This document shows positions 1-8,244 of a DNA stretch of 64,000 bases, one piece after another. Each line of letters starts with the position of its first letter. The first letter of the stretch is position 1. Position numbers and translations under genes: made by a program. The notes under the pieces were generated by a model. The model made no database searches, was not told where the DNA came from, and worked only from the letters and a program-made list of their open reading frames with translations. The stretch covers positions 828-64,827 of the forward strand of contig CAVQUJ010000008.1 of NCBI GenBank assembly GCA_963716895.1. Reading direction: 5' to 3'. The DNA comes from an uncultured delta proteobacterium (GTDB taxonomy: Bacteria > Myxococcota_A > UBA9160 > UBA6930).

Positions 1-30
1 AGCTCGCGCTCCGTCTCACTCCTTCGGACC

Positions 31-76
31 CTTCCCAAGCCGAGGGTCGCGGGTTCGAATCCCGTCTCGCGCTCCA
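31..76 (+). repeat. 3' half of tRNA-Gly(CCC), att-like fragment (not a complete tRNA)
   Basis: cTTCCCAAgccgagggtcgcgggTTCGAATcccgtctcgcgctCCA gives the anticodon loop, T-arm and 3' acceptor strand with CCA. The upstream bases cannot form a D-arm or the 5' anticodon stem. Confidence 0.85.
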
Positions 77-492
77 AGATTCCCGTGCTGTGTCGCGCGT
101 CTTCGTCGCTGACCGCTTTCGGCCTTCGGGCTCTCGAAATCGCGAGGGTGCGCGGGGGGTGCGTCTTCGGCCGTCGAGGTGCGTGCCGGAGCGCCGAAGT
201 CCGGCGTTGCCCACGGCGGCGATCGAACATGACGATCCGGCGATCGAGCGGCCTTCGCCGTGCGCTGCGAAACGCAATCGCAGCCCTAGCGCCCGACGCA
301 CGCATGGCCGAACGCCGTGACCTAGGCGGTTTGGTGGGTCCGGGTCGGGCGTCCTGGCACATCTGCGCCATGCGCTGCCGTCGCGCTTCGACGTAGACAG
401 CGGGCGGCTCCCCAACTACGAGACGGCACGGCCGTTCCCACCCAGGAGACCCGAATCATGGTTGGAGCACGACGATCGAATGGCGATATCCC

Positions 493-1536
493 GTGGTTCG
501 CCAGCAGCTGCCGAACGACGGACTCTGGCTCGCGGGCCTGCTCGGCTTGGCCCTCCTGCTCGCGACGAGCGCGAGTGCCGCCTCTCGTGCCGGATTCTGC
601 ACGTCCACGGCACGGGCCCAACTCGTGGGCTGCCGCGGCGACGCGGTCGACGAGTTTTCCACTGCGACCGCAATCTGCATCAACGAGAGCGATCCGGTGG
701 ATCGCGCTCAGTGCAACCAGGACGCCGCGACCGCCCGGGACGAGAAGTCTCAGCTCTGCGAGGATCAGCTCGCGTCGCGGATCGCGGTGTGCAGAGCGCT
801 CGGCGAGGGTCGCTACGACCCGAACTTCGACGAGGCGAACTTCGTGCGCGACTTCCGGCACCCGGGCGTCTCGAACCCCTACCAGCCGCTCACGATCGGT
901 GACACCTGGGACTACAGCACCGGGACACAGACGGACCACATCGAGGTCACGAGCGAGACGAAGCGAATCGACGACGTAACCTGCCTGGTGGTGCGGGACC
1001 GGGTGAAGGAGGACGGCCAGCTGATCGAAGACACCGACGACTGGTTCGCGCTAGCCCGCAGCAACGGAGACGTCTGGTACTGCGGCGAGGAGGTCAAGGA
1101 CTATGAGACCTTCGATGGCGACCGGCCGCCGAAAGCCGGAGCTCGTGGCCATCGACGGCTCCTTCAAGGTCGATCGCGACGGCGCCAAGGCGGGCGTCAT
1201 CGTCGCCGCGGCTCCGGTCCTGGGCCGCCTCACTCGCCAGGAGTACGCGATCGGGGAGGCCGAGGATCTCGCCGAGGTCGTCGAGACCCACTACGTCTAC
1301 GGCAAGCGGCCCGAGCTCGACGCGCTCGTGCCGAAGGACCTCGCCGACCACCTGTGCGGGCCCGGCTGCGTCGTCACCCGGGAGTTCTCGCCGCTCGAGC
1401 CCGACGTGGTGGAGCACAAGGTACTACGCGCGCGGGATCGGGGTGTTCCTCGAAGACGGACGTGGATACCGGGGAGGTGAACCGGTTGGTCGACTGCAAC
1501 TTCGATTCGCGCTGCGACGCGCTGCCGCAGCCGTAG
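493..1536 (+). CDS. Secreted hypothetical protein (Cys-rich N-terminal part plus conserved uncharacterised domain), frameshifted near 1135 and 1440
   Basis: Signal-peptide-like N-terminus. Motif string NPYQPL...VVRDRV...EDTDDWFA...GDVWYCGE continues in the 1103..1480 frame as DGSF...DGAKAG...RQEY..GEAEDLAEV. Confidence 0.7.
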   Translation: MVRQQLPNDGLWLAGLLGLALLLATSASAASRAGFCTSTARAQLVGCRGDAVDEFSTATAICINESDPVDRAQCNQDAATARDEKSQLCEDQLASRIAVCRALGEGRYDPNFDEANFVRDFRHPGVSNPYQPLTIGDTWDYSTGTQTDHIEVTSETKRIDDVTCLVVRDRVKEDGQLIEDTDDWFALARSNGDVWYCGEEVKDYETFDGDRPPKAGARGHRRLLQGRSRRRQGGRHRRRGSGPGPPHSPGVRDRGGRGSRRGRRDPLRLRQAARARRARAEGPRRPPVRARLRRHPGVLAARARRGGAQGTTRAGSGCSSKTDVDTGEVNRLVDCNFDSRCDALPQP

Positions 1537-1611
1537 CCCCGGCGTCGCAGGTTCGATCCTTGGCCAGGGCGAAAGGAACCTGCCGAAGCTGTCGGCGGAG
1601 GCCGGAAATGA

Positions 1612-1637
1612 GGGGCCGCCTGGGGCCGTGGGGCCGT
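1612..1637 (+). promoter_or_regulatory. Triple direct repeat GGGGCCG(cct/t), putative integrase arm-type sites
   Basis: ggggccgcct-ggggccgt-ggggccgt starts 115 bp upstream of the anticodon of a tRNA half. The same 10/8/8 architecture recurs at 4172-4197. Confidence 0.6.
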
Positions 1638-1724
1638 GGCTGGACGCCGCTCCGTGCCGCTCCTTGCAGGCCCTTGCAACGCGCCGCGCGCAAGCCCGCG
1701 TCACTCCTCGGTGTCGGGGTCGAC

Positions 1725-1767
1725 CTTACAAGCAGGGGGTCGCAGGTTCGAGCCCTGCCGCGCCCAC
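1725..1767 (+). repeat. 3' half of tRNA-Val(TAC), att-like fragment
   Basis: CTTACAAgcagggggtcgcaggTTCGAGCcctgccgcgcccac gives the anticodon loop, T-arm and acceptor 3' strand. There is no 5' half. Confidence 0.85.
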
Positions 1768-1876
1768 TCCGAAGTGCGCGAGGGTGCTCGCTTCTACGGA
1801 GCGCTTTGCGGCGGGAGGCATCCGCGGGGAAGAGGGCCCGCCTGCGCGTCGCCAGGGCCCATCGCTGCAGGAATTG

Positions 1877-1912
1877 CGACGGGGTAGCCGAGTCGTCTCG
1901 GCTGCCCCGTCG
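1877..1912. terminator. Strong hairpin, probable terminator
   Basis: cgacggggtagccgag-tcgt-ctcggctgccccgtcg forms a 16-bp stem with one mismatch/wobble, immediately after the stop of a minus-strand mini-ORF. Confidence 0.55.
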
Positions 1913-1915
1913 GCT

Positions 1916-2032
1916 TCACAGAGCGCGACGACCGCCTTGCACCGTGTCGGGAAACGTGCGGCCCTTCACCGAGCCGCTCACCTTGCACTTCTCGGGCCTC
2001 GCGGTGCCGATGTACGAATCGGTGCAGGTCAC
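1916..2032 (-). pseudogene. 38-codon coding-like fragment (VTCTDSYIGTARPEKCKVSGSVKGRTFPDTVQGGRRAL)
   Basis: GC3-rich codon usage, no clear RBS, followed by a hairpin. The family is not recognised. Confidence 0.35.
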
Positions 2033-2090
2033 CCCAACCCCAGACGGCAATCGACTGAAACGATGCGGCGTATGTCAGCGACGGGTCGTC

Positions 2091-2907
2091 CTAGAATCGC
2101 AACCCGAGGCCCACGATCAGCGACGGTCCGAATTCCGCCTTCACGTGGTTGGAGAGCGCCTGATCGTCCTCGTAGTACATCTGCTCGAACGCGATGCCGC
2201 CGAAACCTTCGAGGCCCACGCGGTCGAGGTCGATCAAGCGGTACTTGGCGACGAGCTGCTCGGTGTAGATCTGCCCCAAGGAAGAGATCGGCAGCGTCGC
2301 CAGCACGGACCCGTCGATGCCGAAGCGCCCGCGGCCCGGCCGCCACTCGCCCTCGAGCCCGAGCTGCGCGTTGACCTTCGTGTAGCTGCGGTCCGTCGTC
2401 TGGCCTGCACCCTGGCAGCCGATAGTGGAAGTCCCACACCGTGGCGCCGAGCGAGGGCCACAGCGTCCACTCCCCCTCGCTCCCCAGCGTGAAGCGGTGG
2501 CGATATCCGAATCGATACCAGTTCAGGTCCACGTCGGACGAAACGTGCGTTCCGGCTGGGAAGGTCTGGCCACGGCTGATCAGCGCCTGATCGAGCGTCG
2601 CGCTGCCGGACATCTGGATGAGCTGGAACCCCGCGTAGATCTCTTCGTTCCGGTAGGCCGCGATTCCCGCCACGTCGTAGATCGAGGTGTCGCTGATGCC
2701 GATCTCGTCCAGCGTGGGACGTTGGCTGCTGCTGGTCCCCGGCTGCCCGCCCGACGGCGTCTGCACGTAGCCATCGATGCCGCCGTAGAGGTACGAGCCC
2801 TGCAACGAGAAGCGCCAATTCGACTCGACCGGTTGCGCTCGGGCCGCCGACGCAGCCAGCAGAGCGCTCAGCAGCAGGATCCGAGGCCAAGGCGTCCACA
2901 CTCGCAC
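2091..2907 (-). CDS. Outer-membrane beta-barrel protein (frameshift near 2410)
   Basis: Signal peptide, alternating beta-strand pattern, C-terminal GLGLRF with terminal Phe. ORFs 2029..2907 and 2091..2306 are joined. Confidence 0.7.
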
Positions 2908-3238
2908 GAGAACCCCTAGCGCGGCAGGAACCCACGAAACACGCCAAGGCGACGATGCTAGGCGGCGCGCGATCGGCCCCGGCTGAAGGTTCGTTCATGA
3001 AGGCCGCCATGAAGGCCGCCTTCATCTCGGTGGCTGGTGTGGCGGCCGTCGGCGGCTCGGGAATCCGGTGAAGTGAGTTGGGGCGCGGAGAGGCTTCGCC
3101 GGAAAGAGCATCGGCCAGCATCGCGGCGCGTATGGGCCAGACGCCGTTTGGCGCGGCTGCTTTCAGGCGCCTGCAACGCTGGGTGACGAGCACCAGCGTG
3201 GAGGAAGCCGCGAATCGACAGCTAGGCTGCCGGATTGG

Positions 3239-4010
3239 ATGGGGAGCCTAGCCAGATACGCCTTGGCCGTTCTGTGCGCGCTTGCGGTTGTTGCCGGGGC
3301 CGCTCGCGCCGGCGCGCCGTTCGTGACCGACGACCCCGAGCCCGTCGAGCCCGGGCACTGGGAGGTGTTCCTCGCCGCGCAGCCCGCCCACGACCCGGGC
3401 GGCTGGTCCGGCACGGCCCCGTTCGTGGACGCGAACTGACGGCGCGGTCGAGAACCTGCAGCTCCACCTGATCGTGCCGCTCGCCTTCGACGCCGCCGAG
3501 CACGGGCGGAACAGCTACGGCTACGGCGACACCGAGGTCGGAGCCAAGTTCCGCTTCGTCCAGGAGAGCGAGCTCCGCCCGCAGGTGGGCGTGTATCCGC
3601 TCGTCGTCCTGCCCACCGGCAACGAGGCGCGCGGGCTGGGCGGCGGACGCGTGCAGGCCTTCCTGCCCGTATGGGCGCGCCTGGCAGAAGAGCTGGGGCG
3701 AGCCGGACCGCGCCTGGACCACGTACGGCGGCAGCGGCTACTGGATCCATCCCGGCAGCGGCAACCGCGATTGGTGGTACGTCGGGGCGCTCTGCAGAAG
3801 CGGCTCAGCGACTGGCTGACGCTCGGCGCGGAGGTCTACCACAAGACCGCCCAGGAGACAGACGCCAACGGCTCCACTTGGCTGAACGCCGGCGCGATCG
3901 TCGACCTGGACCAGACGGCCCACCTGCTGGCGTCGGCCGGGCACAACGTGGAGGGCGCGAGCGGCTTTCAGGCGTACCTCGGCCTGCGCTTCAACTTCGC
4001 GATGCCGTAG
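3239..4010 (+). CDS. Putative outer-membrane 'transporter' family beta-barrel (frameshifted near 3435 and 3680-3790)
   Basis: Signal peptide then APFVTDDPEPVEPGHWE, GYGDTEVGAKFRF, LPTG..RGLG.G, and a C-terminal beta strand YLGLRFNF. Confidence 0.7.
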
Positions 4011-4064
4011 GCCGGTCGATTTCCCGCCAGCCTGTTTGACGAACGGATGAAGGAGGTCGACGCC

Positions 4065-4154
4065 ATGCACGCACTCGTCTCGCGCGAGGAATGGCTCGAG
4101 GCCCGCAAAGTAGAGCGAGGCAGCGAACGAGACCCTGCGAATGGCCGCTACTGA
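4065..4154 (+). pseudogene. Truncated DUF899-like (thioredoxin-like family) 5' stub
   Basis: AGGAGG RBS at 4051-4056, then MHALVSREEWLEARK, the typical DUF899 N-terminus. Similarity is lost after 15 codons and the ORF stops at 4154. Confidence 0.6.
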
Positions 4155-4171
4155 TAGGTGGCTCGAGGCCA

Positions 4172-4197
4172 GGTGCCGTCTGGTGCCGTGGTGCCGT
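4172..4197 (+). promoter_or_regulatory. Triple direct repeat GGTGCCGT(ct), putative integrase arm-type sites
   Basis: ggtgccgtct-ggtgccgt-ggtgccgt starts 111 bp upstream of the anticodon of the second tRNA-Gly half. Confidence 0.6.
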
Positions 4198-4279
4198 CTG
4201 CGACGCCGCGCGTGCCGCCGTGCGCCGCGTCTCCGCGCACCCGACGCAAGCTCGCGTGCTTGCTCACTGCCTTCGGGCC

Positions 4280-4324
4280 CTTCCCAAGCCGAGGGTCGCG
4301 GGTTGGAATCCCGTCTCGCGCTCC
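4280..4324 (+). repeat. Second 3' half of tRNA-Gly(CCC), att-like fragment
   Basis: Near-identical to 31-75 (T-loop TTCGAAT changed to TTGGAAT, terminal A lost). The upstream ~30 bp also resembles 1-30. Confidence 0.85.
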
Positions 4325-4485
4325 GCGGATTCGCGTGGATCCGCTTCGACGTCGGATAGCGGCTCGCTGTCGCGCCGTTCGTGACGTCGCTGAGTGGTCA
4401 CGGTGCGATTTCGGGCCGGCCGTCCTGCTCGCGCTCGAGCGAGCGCGCGCTTGATGGATAGGAAGGACCCCCACTGGGCTGGGAA

Positions 4486-4667
4486 GTGGGGGGACTTGTG
4501 AGGGGACTCCCCTCAGATTCGGCCACGCGAGACCACAGGGAGCCAAAGTGAGGGGACCCGTAGACACGCGACTTCGCTCAAGTTACCGTCGGCGCTTTGG
4601 AAAGTGGGGCGCGTCGGGCACGTTCACACCGCGGAGGTCGCAGGTTCGAGCCCTGCACGCCCCACCA
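4486..4667 (+). mobile_element. attR-like right end of a genomic island in tRNA-Val(CAC): arm repeats plus displaced 3' tRNA half (4621-4667)
   Basis: gtgRggggac(t/c) at 4486, 4498 and 4548. cgTTCACACcgcggaggtcgcaggTTCGAGCcctgcacgccccaCCA has no D-arm and lies 22 bp before an intact tRNA-Arg. Confidence 0.75.
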
Positions 4668-4689
4668 GCCCGCCTCCCGTCGGTGCCTT

Positions 4690-4766
4690 GGCCCAGTAGC
4701 TCAGTTGGATAGAGCGCCTGCCTCCGAAGCAGGAGGTCGCAGGTTCGACTCCTGCCTGGGTCACCA
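4690..4766 (+). tRNA. tRNA-Arg(CCG)
   Basis: Full cloverleaf: acceptor GGCCCAG/CTGGGTC, D-arm GCTC..GAGC, anticodon loop CTCCGAA, T-loop TTCGACT, encoded CCA. Confidence 0.97.
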
Positions 4767-4848
4767 GCCCGCCCGCCGCGTCAACCGCGTCAAGGCCGGG
4801 CTTCGGTGTGCCGATCCACCCCGGGGAACGGGTGCGCGAGGACGAGTC

Positions 4849-6568
4849 ATGGAGCGACGCGGCAGCGACCGCATCCGGCGCCGGATCTCGTGCGCGTTCG
4901 AGCACGAGGGCCAGCTCCGCGATGCGCTGGTCGTGGACCTGTCCGCGGGCGGCCTGTTCCTCCAGACCGACGCCGCGCTCCCGCTCGGCAGCGAGCTCAC
5001 GCTCCGCCTCCGGCCCGAGGGCTTCGGCGAGCTCGAGCTCCGCGGCCGCGTGGCGCGCCGGCGTTTCACGCCGGCAGTGATCTCCTCGCTGCTTCGCCGC
5101 GGCGTGGGCATCCAGCTGCTCGCCGCCCCGGAGAGCTATCGCGAGCTGCTCGGCGGCACCGAGGCGGCACCCGAGGCCGCATGGTCGGCCCTCTCGGATC
5201 TCGAGCCGCCCTTCGAGCCGCGCTGTGCCGGAGCCGGCGTGTCGCTGGACATCGCGGTCGCGGCCGAGGCGCCGGCGGCGCCCGAGACCGTCGACGAGCC
5301 GACGCTCGAGCTGCGCCACGCGCCCCCCGCGCGCCGAAGAGGCGGATGAGGAAGAGGCGGAGGCGCCCGAGAAGATGCTCGCGGAGTCCGCGCCGGTGCC
5401 TGCGGCGCCGCGCTGGGCGCCCGAGAGTCGCTGCCGGGCGGATGCGCTGCTCATCCACGACGGCGAGCTCGACGACGTGCAGGCGCTGCTCGAGGCGATG
5501 GGCGCCAATGCGGTGCGCCAGCCCACGATCGAGCCGAGCGGCTTCACCGACTGGGAGAGTCCGCCGCGCCTGATCGTGGCCAGCGGACGCAGCGCGCTGC
5601 GTCTCTCTATCGGCACGAACGTCGAAGGGCAGGGCATCGTCACCATCGCCGTGGTGGACAGCGAATCGCAGACCCTGTGCGGCATGCTCCGCCGCCAGGG
5701 CTTCCGCTACGTGGTGCGACGGCCCGTGCACCACGAGGCGCTGCGCCTGCTGCTCGGGCGGGCGCTGTTTCGTGGGCGCGAGCGCCGCGACGCGGCGCGC
5801 ATCTCGCTCGGCTGCGAGGTCGGGCTGCGCTTCGGCCTGCGCCGCAAGCCCGCCACGCTGCTCGAGCTGTCGCGAACGGGCTGCCGCGTGCTCATCCCGG
5901 AATGGGTGGAGCGGGGCGCGCGCCTCTCCGTGCGCATCCCGACGGCCGTCACCGGGAACCGCCCGCTCTCGCTCGTGGGACGCGTGGTCCGCAGCGAGCG
6001 CCAGCGCCGCGCGAGCAGCGAGCCGAGCGTGGCCGTCGCACTCCGCTTCGACCGGCTCGACGCCGAGACGCGGGCGCGCCTCGATGCCCTGATCGCGGCC
6101 CACTCGCTCGGCCCCACGCCCCTCGACCGCAGGGACGCGGCGCGTCCCGCGGCGGCCACTGCGGCTCCGTTCAGCGGCGAGAGTGATCGCCGGCGCAGCC
6201 CGCGCGTGCCCCACCGCCAGGAAGTGATCGCGCTCGAGCCCGAGCTCTCGCGCGTGCGCCACACGCTGCTCGGCATCGACCTCTCGCTCGGCGGCATCCG
6301 CGTCGAGCCGCATCCCGAGCTCGCGCTCGGCGACCGCGTGCGCATCGCGATCTACGACGCGGCTTCGAACGCCTCGCTGGTCGTGGATGCCGAGGCCGTC
6401 CGCGACCAGGGCGCCCAGGGCGTCGTGCTCCGCTTCAAGAACGTGCCCGACGACGCGCGACTCCAGATCGAACGCATTCTCGCGGCCCCGCCGCAGATCG
6501 AGTCCGCGGGCGCCGCGGCCGGCAGCGGCGTGGTGGTCGCCGAGATGCTCGAGCAGCAGACGGTCTGA
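4849..6568 (+). CDS. Multi-PilZ-domain protein (frameshift near 5330)
   Basis: Three RxxxR...(D/E)xSxxG motifs: RRGSDR/DLSAGG, RRDAAR/ELSRTG, RRRSPR/DLSLGG. Confidence 0.8.
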
Positions 6569-6591
6569 ACGCGCCACGGTATCGTGCGCTC

Positions 6592-7440
6592 GTGATCGGC
6601 GTGGGCGTGAATGCGTGGGTGTGGACCTCGCCCTTCACGGCGAGTTCGGTGGAGCTGATCGCGCGCGCGCAGGCGATGGGCTTCGACGCGTTCACCATCC
6701 CCGTCGAGGATCCGGCGGCCATCGACGGCGACGCCGTCGGCCGCGCGCTGCGCGACAGCGCTCTGCGCGTCCACGTGACCGGCGCCTACGGGCCGACGCG
6801 CGACCTCACCCACGACGAGCCGCGCTTCCGCGAGGAGAGCCTGCGCTACATCGCCGACACCCTGGCGCTGTGCGAGCAGTGGGGCGCGCGCCTGCTGGTC
6901 GGGCCCTGCTACTCCGCGGTGGGCAAGCGCCGCCACGTGCCGCCCGAGCAGCGCCAGGTCGAGTGGGAGCGCGCCGTGGTGGGGCTCCGCCGCGCCGGCG
7001 CGATGGCGGCGGACCACGGCGTGGTGCTCGCCGTCGAGGCGCTGAATCGCTTCGAGACCGACCTGGTCAACACCGCGGAGCAGCTGGGCCGCCTGCTGCG
7101 CGACGTCGGCCACCCGGCGGTGAAGGCGCACCTCGACACCTTCCACATGCACATCGAGGAGAAGGACGTCGCCGCGGCGGTGCGCCGCGTTGCGCCACAT
7201 CTCGTCTATGTGGACGCCAGCGAGAGCGATCGCGGCACGCCCGGTAGTGGGCAGGTGGATTGGAGCGGCCTCGCGCGCGTGCTCCGCGAGATCGACTACG
7301 CGGGCGACTGCGTGATCGAGTCGTTCACGCCGGAGTGCCGGACGATCGCCGCCGCGGCGGCGATCTGGCGCCCGCTCGCGCCGTCGCAGGACGCGCTCGC
7401 GCGCGACGGCCTCGCCTTCCTGCGTGGCCTGCTCGCCTAG
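6592..7440 (+). CDS. Sugar phosphate isomerase/epimerase (D-psicose/D-tagatose 3-epimerase-like)
   Basis: EALNRFET, LDTFHMHIEE, ESDRGTPGSG, IESF, WR metal/catalytic motifs. Confidence 0.9.
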   Translation: MIGVGVNAWVWTSPFTASSVELIARAQAMGFDAFTIPVEDPAAIDGDAVGRALRDSALRVHVTGAYGPTRDLTHDEPRFREESLRYIADTLALCEQWGARLLVGPCYSAVGKRRHVPPEQRQVEWERAVVGLRRAGAMAADHGVVLAVEALNRFETDLVNTAEQLGRLLRDVGHPAVKAHLDTFHMHIEEKDVAAAVRRVAPHLVYVDASESDRGTPGSGQVDWSGLARVLREIDYAGDCVIESFTPECRTIAAAAAIWRPLAPSQDALARDGLAFLRGLLA

Positions 7441-8207
7441 CGAGAGGGCGGCTTGATGCGGACGCCCGTGATCTGGTTCACGTAGACCTTCCACGGGTAG
7501 TGGTCGCCCTCGCCGGCCGAGCCTTCGACGCGGAAGTGCTGGGTGAGCGCCCGCCGCCAGTGGTCGGAGAAATTCGGCGGCGTCATGTGCGGCATCTTGC
7601 CGTGGTGGAACGTCACGTCGCCGAGGGCGAGCGGGCAGGCGACGCGAGCCGCTTCGTCCACCTCGCAGACGAGCAGGTCGCTCTGCACGTTGTCGGCGGC
7701 GCGGTGCGGCAGCACGCCGAGCTTGTGGGCGCCCGGCACGAAGTGCATGCAGCCGTCCTGCTCGTCCACCGCATGCAGCGGCATCCAGCAGGTGATGCCG
7801 CGCTCGTCGAGGTTGCGTCCCCAGTAGGCCTCGTCCTGGTGCCACGGCGTCTGCGCGCTCTCGTTCGGCGGCTTCGCGAGGAACTGGTCGTACCAGAACT
7901 CGACGGGCTTCCCGAGCAGGCTCGAGGCGAACTCCCGCGCCCAGATGCGGAAGCGCTCCTGCGAGAGATCGACGCCGATCAGGCTCGGGCTCGATTGCAC
8001 GATGCGGAAGCGGCGCTTCTCGCGCGGCGTCGCCGCGTCCCAGGCCCAGTCGAAGGCCACGTGCTCCTTGTTCTCGAGGATGCGCTCCGTGGCGCGCTCG
8101 AGCGTGCCGAGGTGGGTGGGGTCGATCGCGCCCCGCACGACGAGGAAGCCGTCGCGGCGGAAGCGGTCGATCTGCGCGGGGCTCGCGGCGGGGTAGGGCG
8201 TGGGCAT
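7437..8207 (-). CDS. Phytanoyl-CoA dioxygenase (PhyH) family 2OG-Fe(II) oxygenase
   Basis: FRRDGF, WHQD, GCMHFVPGAH, GDVTFHHG..PH...N.S...RRA. Confidence 0.9.
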   Translation of the reverse strand: MPTPYPAASPAQIDRFRRDGFLVVRGAIDPTHLGTLERATERILENKEHVAFDWAWDAATPREKRRFRIVQSSPSLIGVDLSQERFRIWAREFASSLLGKPVEFWYDQFLAKPPNESAQTPWHQDEAYWGRNLDERGITCWMPLHAVDEQDGCMHFVPGAHKLGVLPHRAADNVQSDLLVCEVDEAARVACPLALGDVTFHHGKMPHMTPPNFSDHWRRALTQHFRVEGSAGEGDHYPWKVYVNQITGVRIKPPSR

Positions 8208-8217
8208 CGAAAGCGAT

Positions 8218-8243
8218 TTGACCAGAAACGTCCGAATAGTCAA
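8218..8243. promoter_or_regulatory. Inverted repeat, probable TetR operator / divergent promoter
   Basis: TTGACCA-N12-TAGTCAA lies in the 37-bp gap between the divergent PhyH and TetR genes. Confidence 0.5.
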
Positions 8244-8244
8244 G

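Noticed and set aside
1-76. Complete tRNA-Gly gene (likewise complete tRNAs at 1690-1767, 4250-4324, 4595-4667)
   Set aside because: No D-arm, and the 5' anticodon stem does not pair. Only the 3' halves are tRNA-like.
31-4667. Split, permuted or intron-containing tRNA genes
   Set aside because: No matching 5' halves or group I intron structure were seen, and the upstream DNA has arm-like direct repeats instead. An att-site origin is simpler, though a genome-wide search for 5' halves was not possible.
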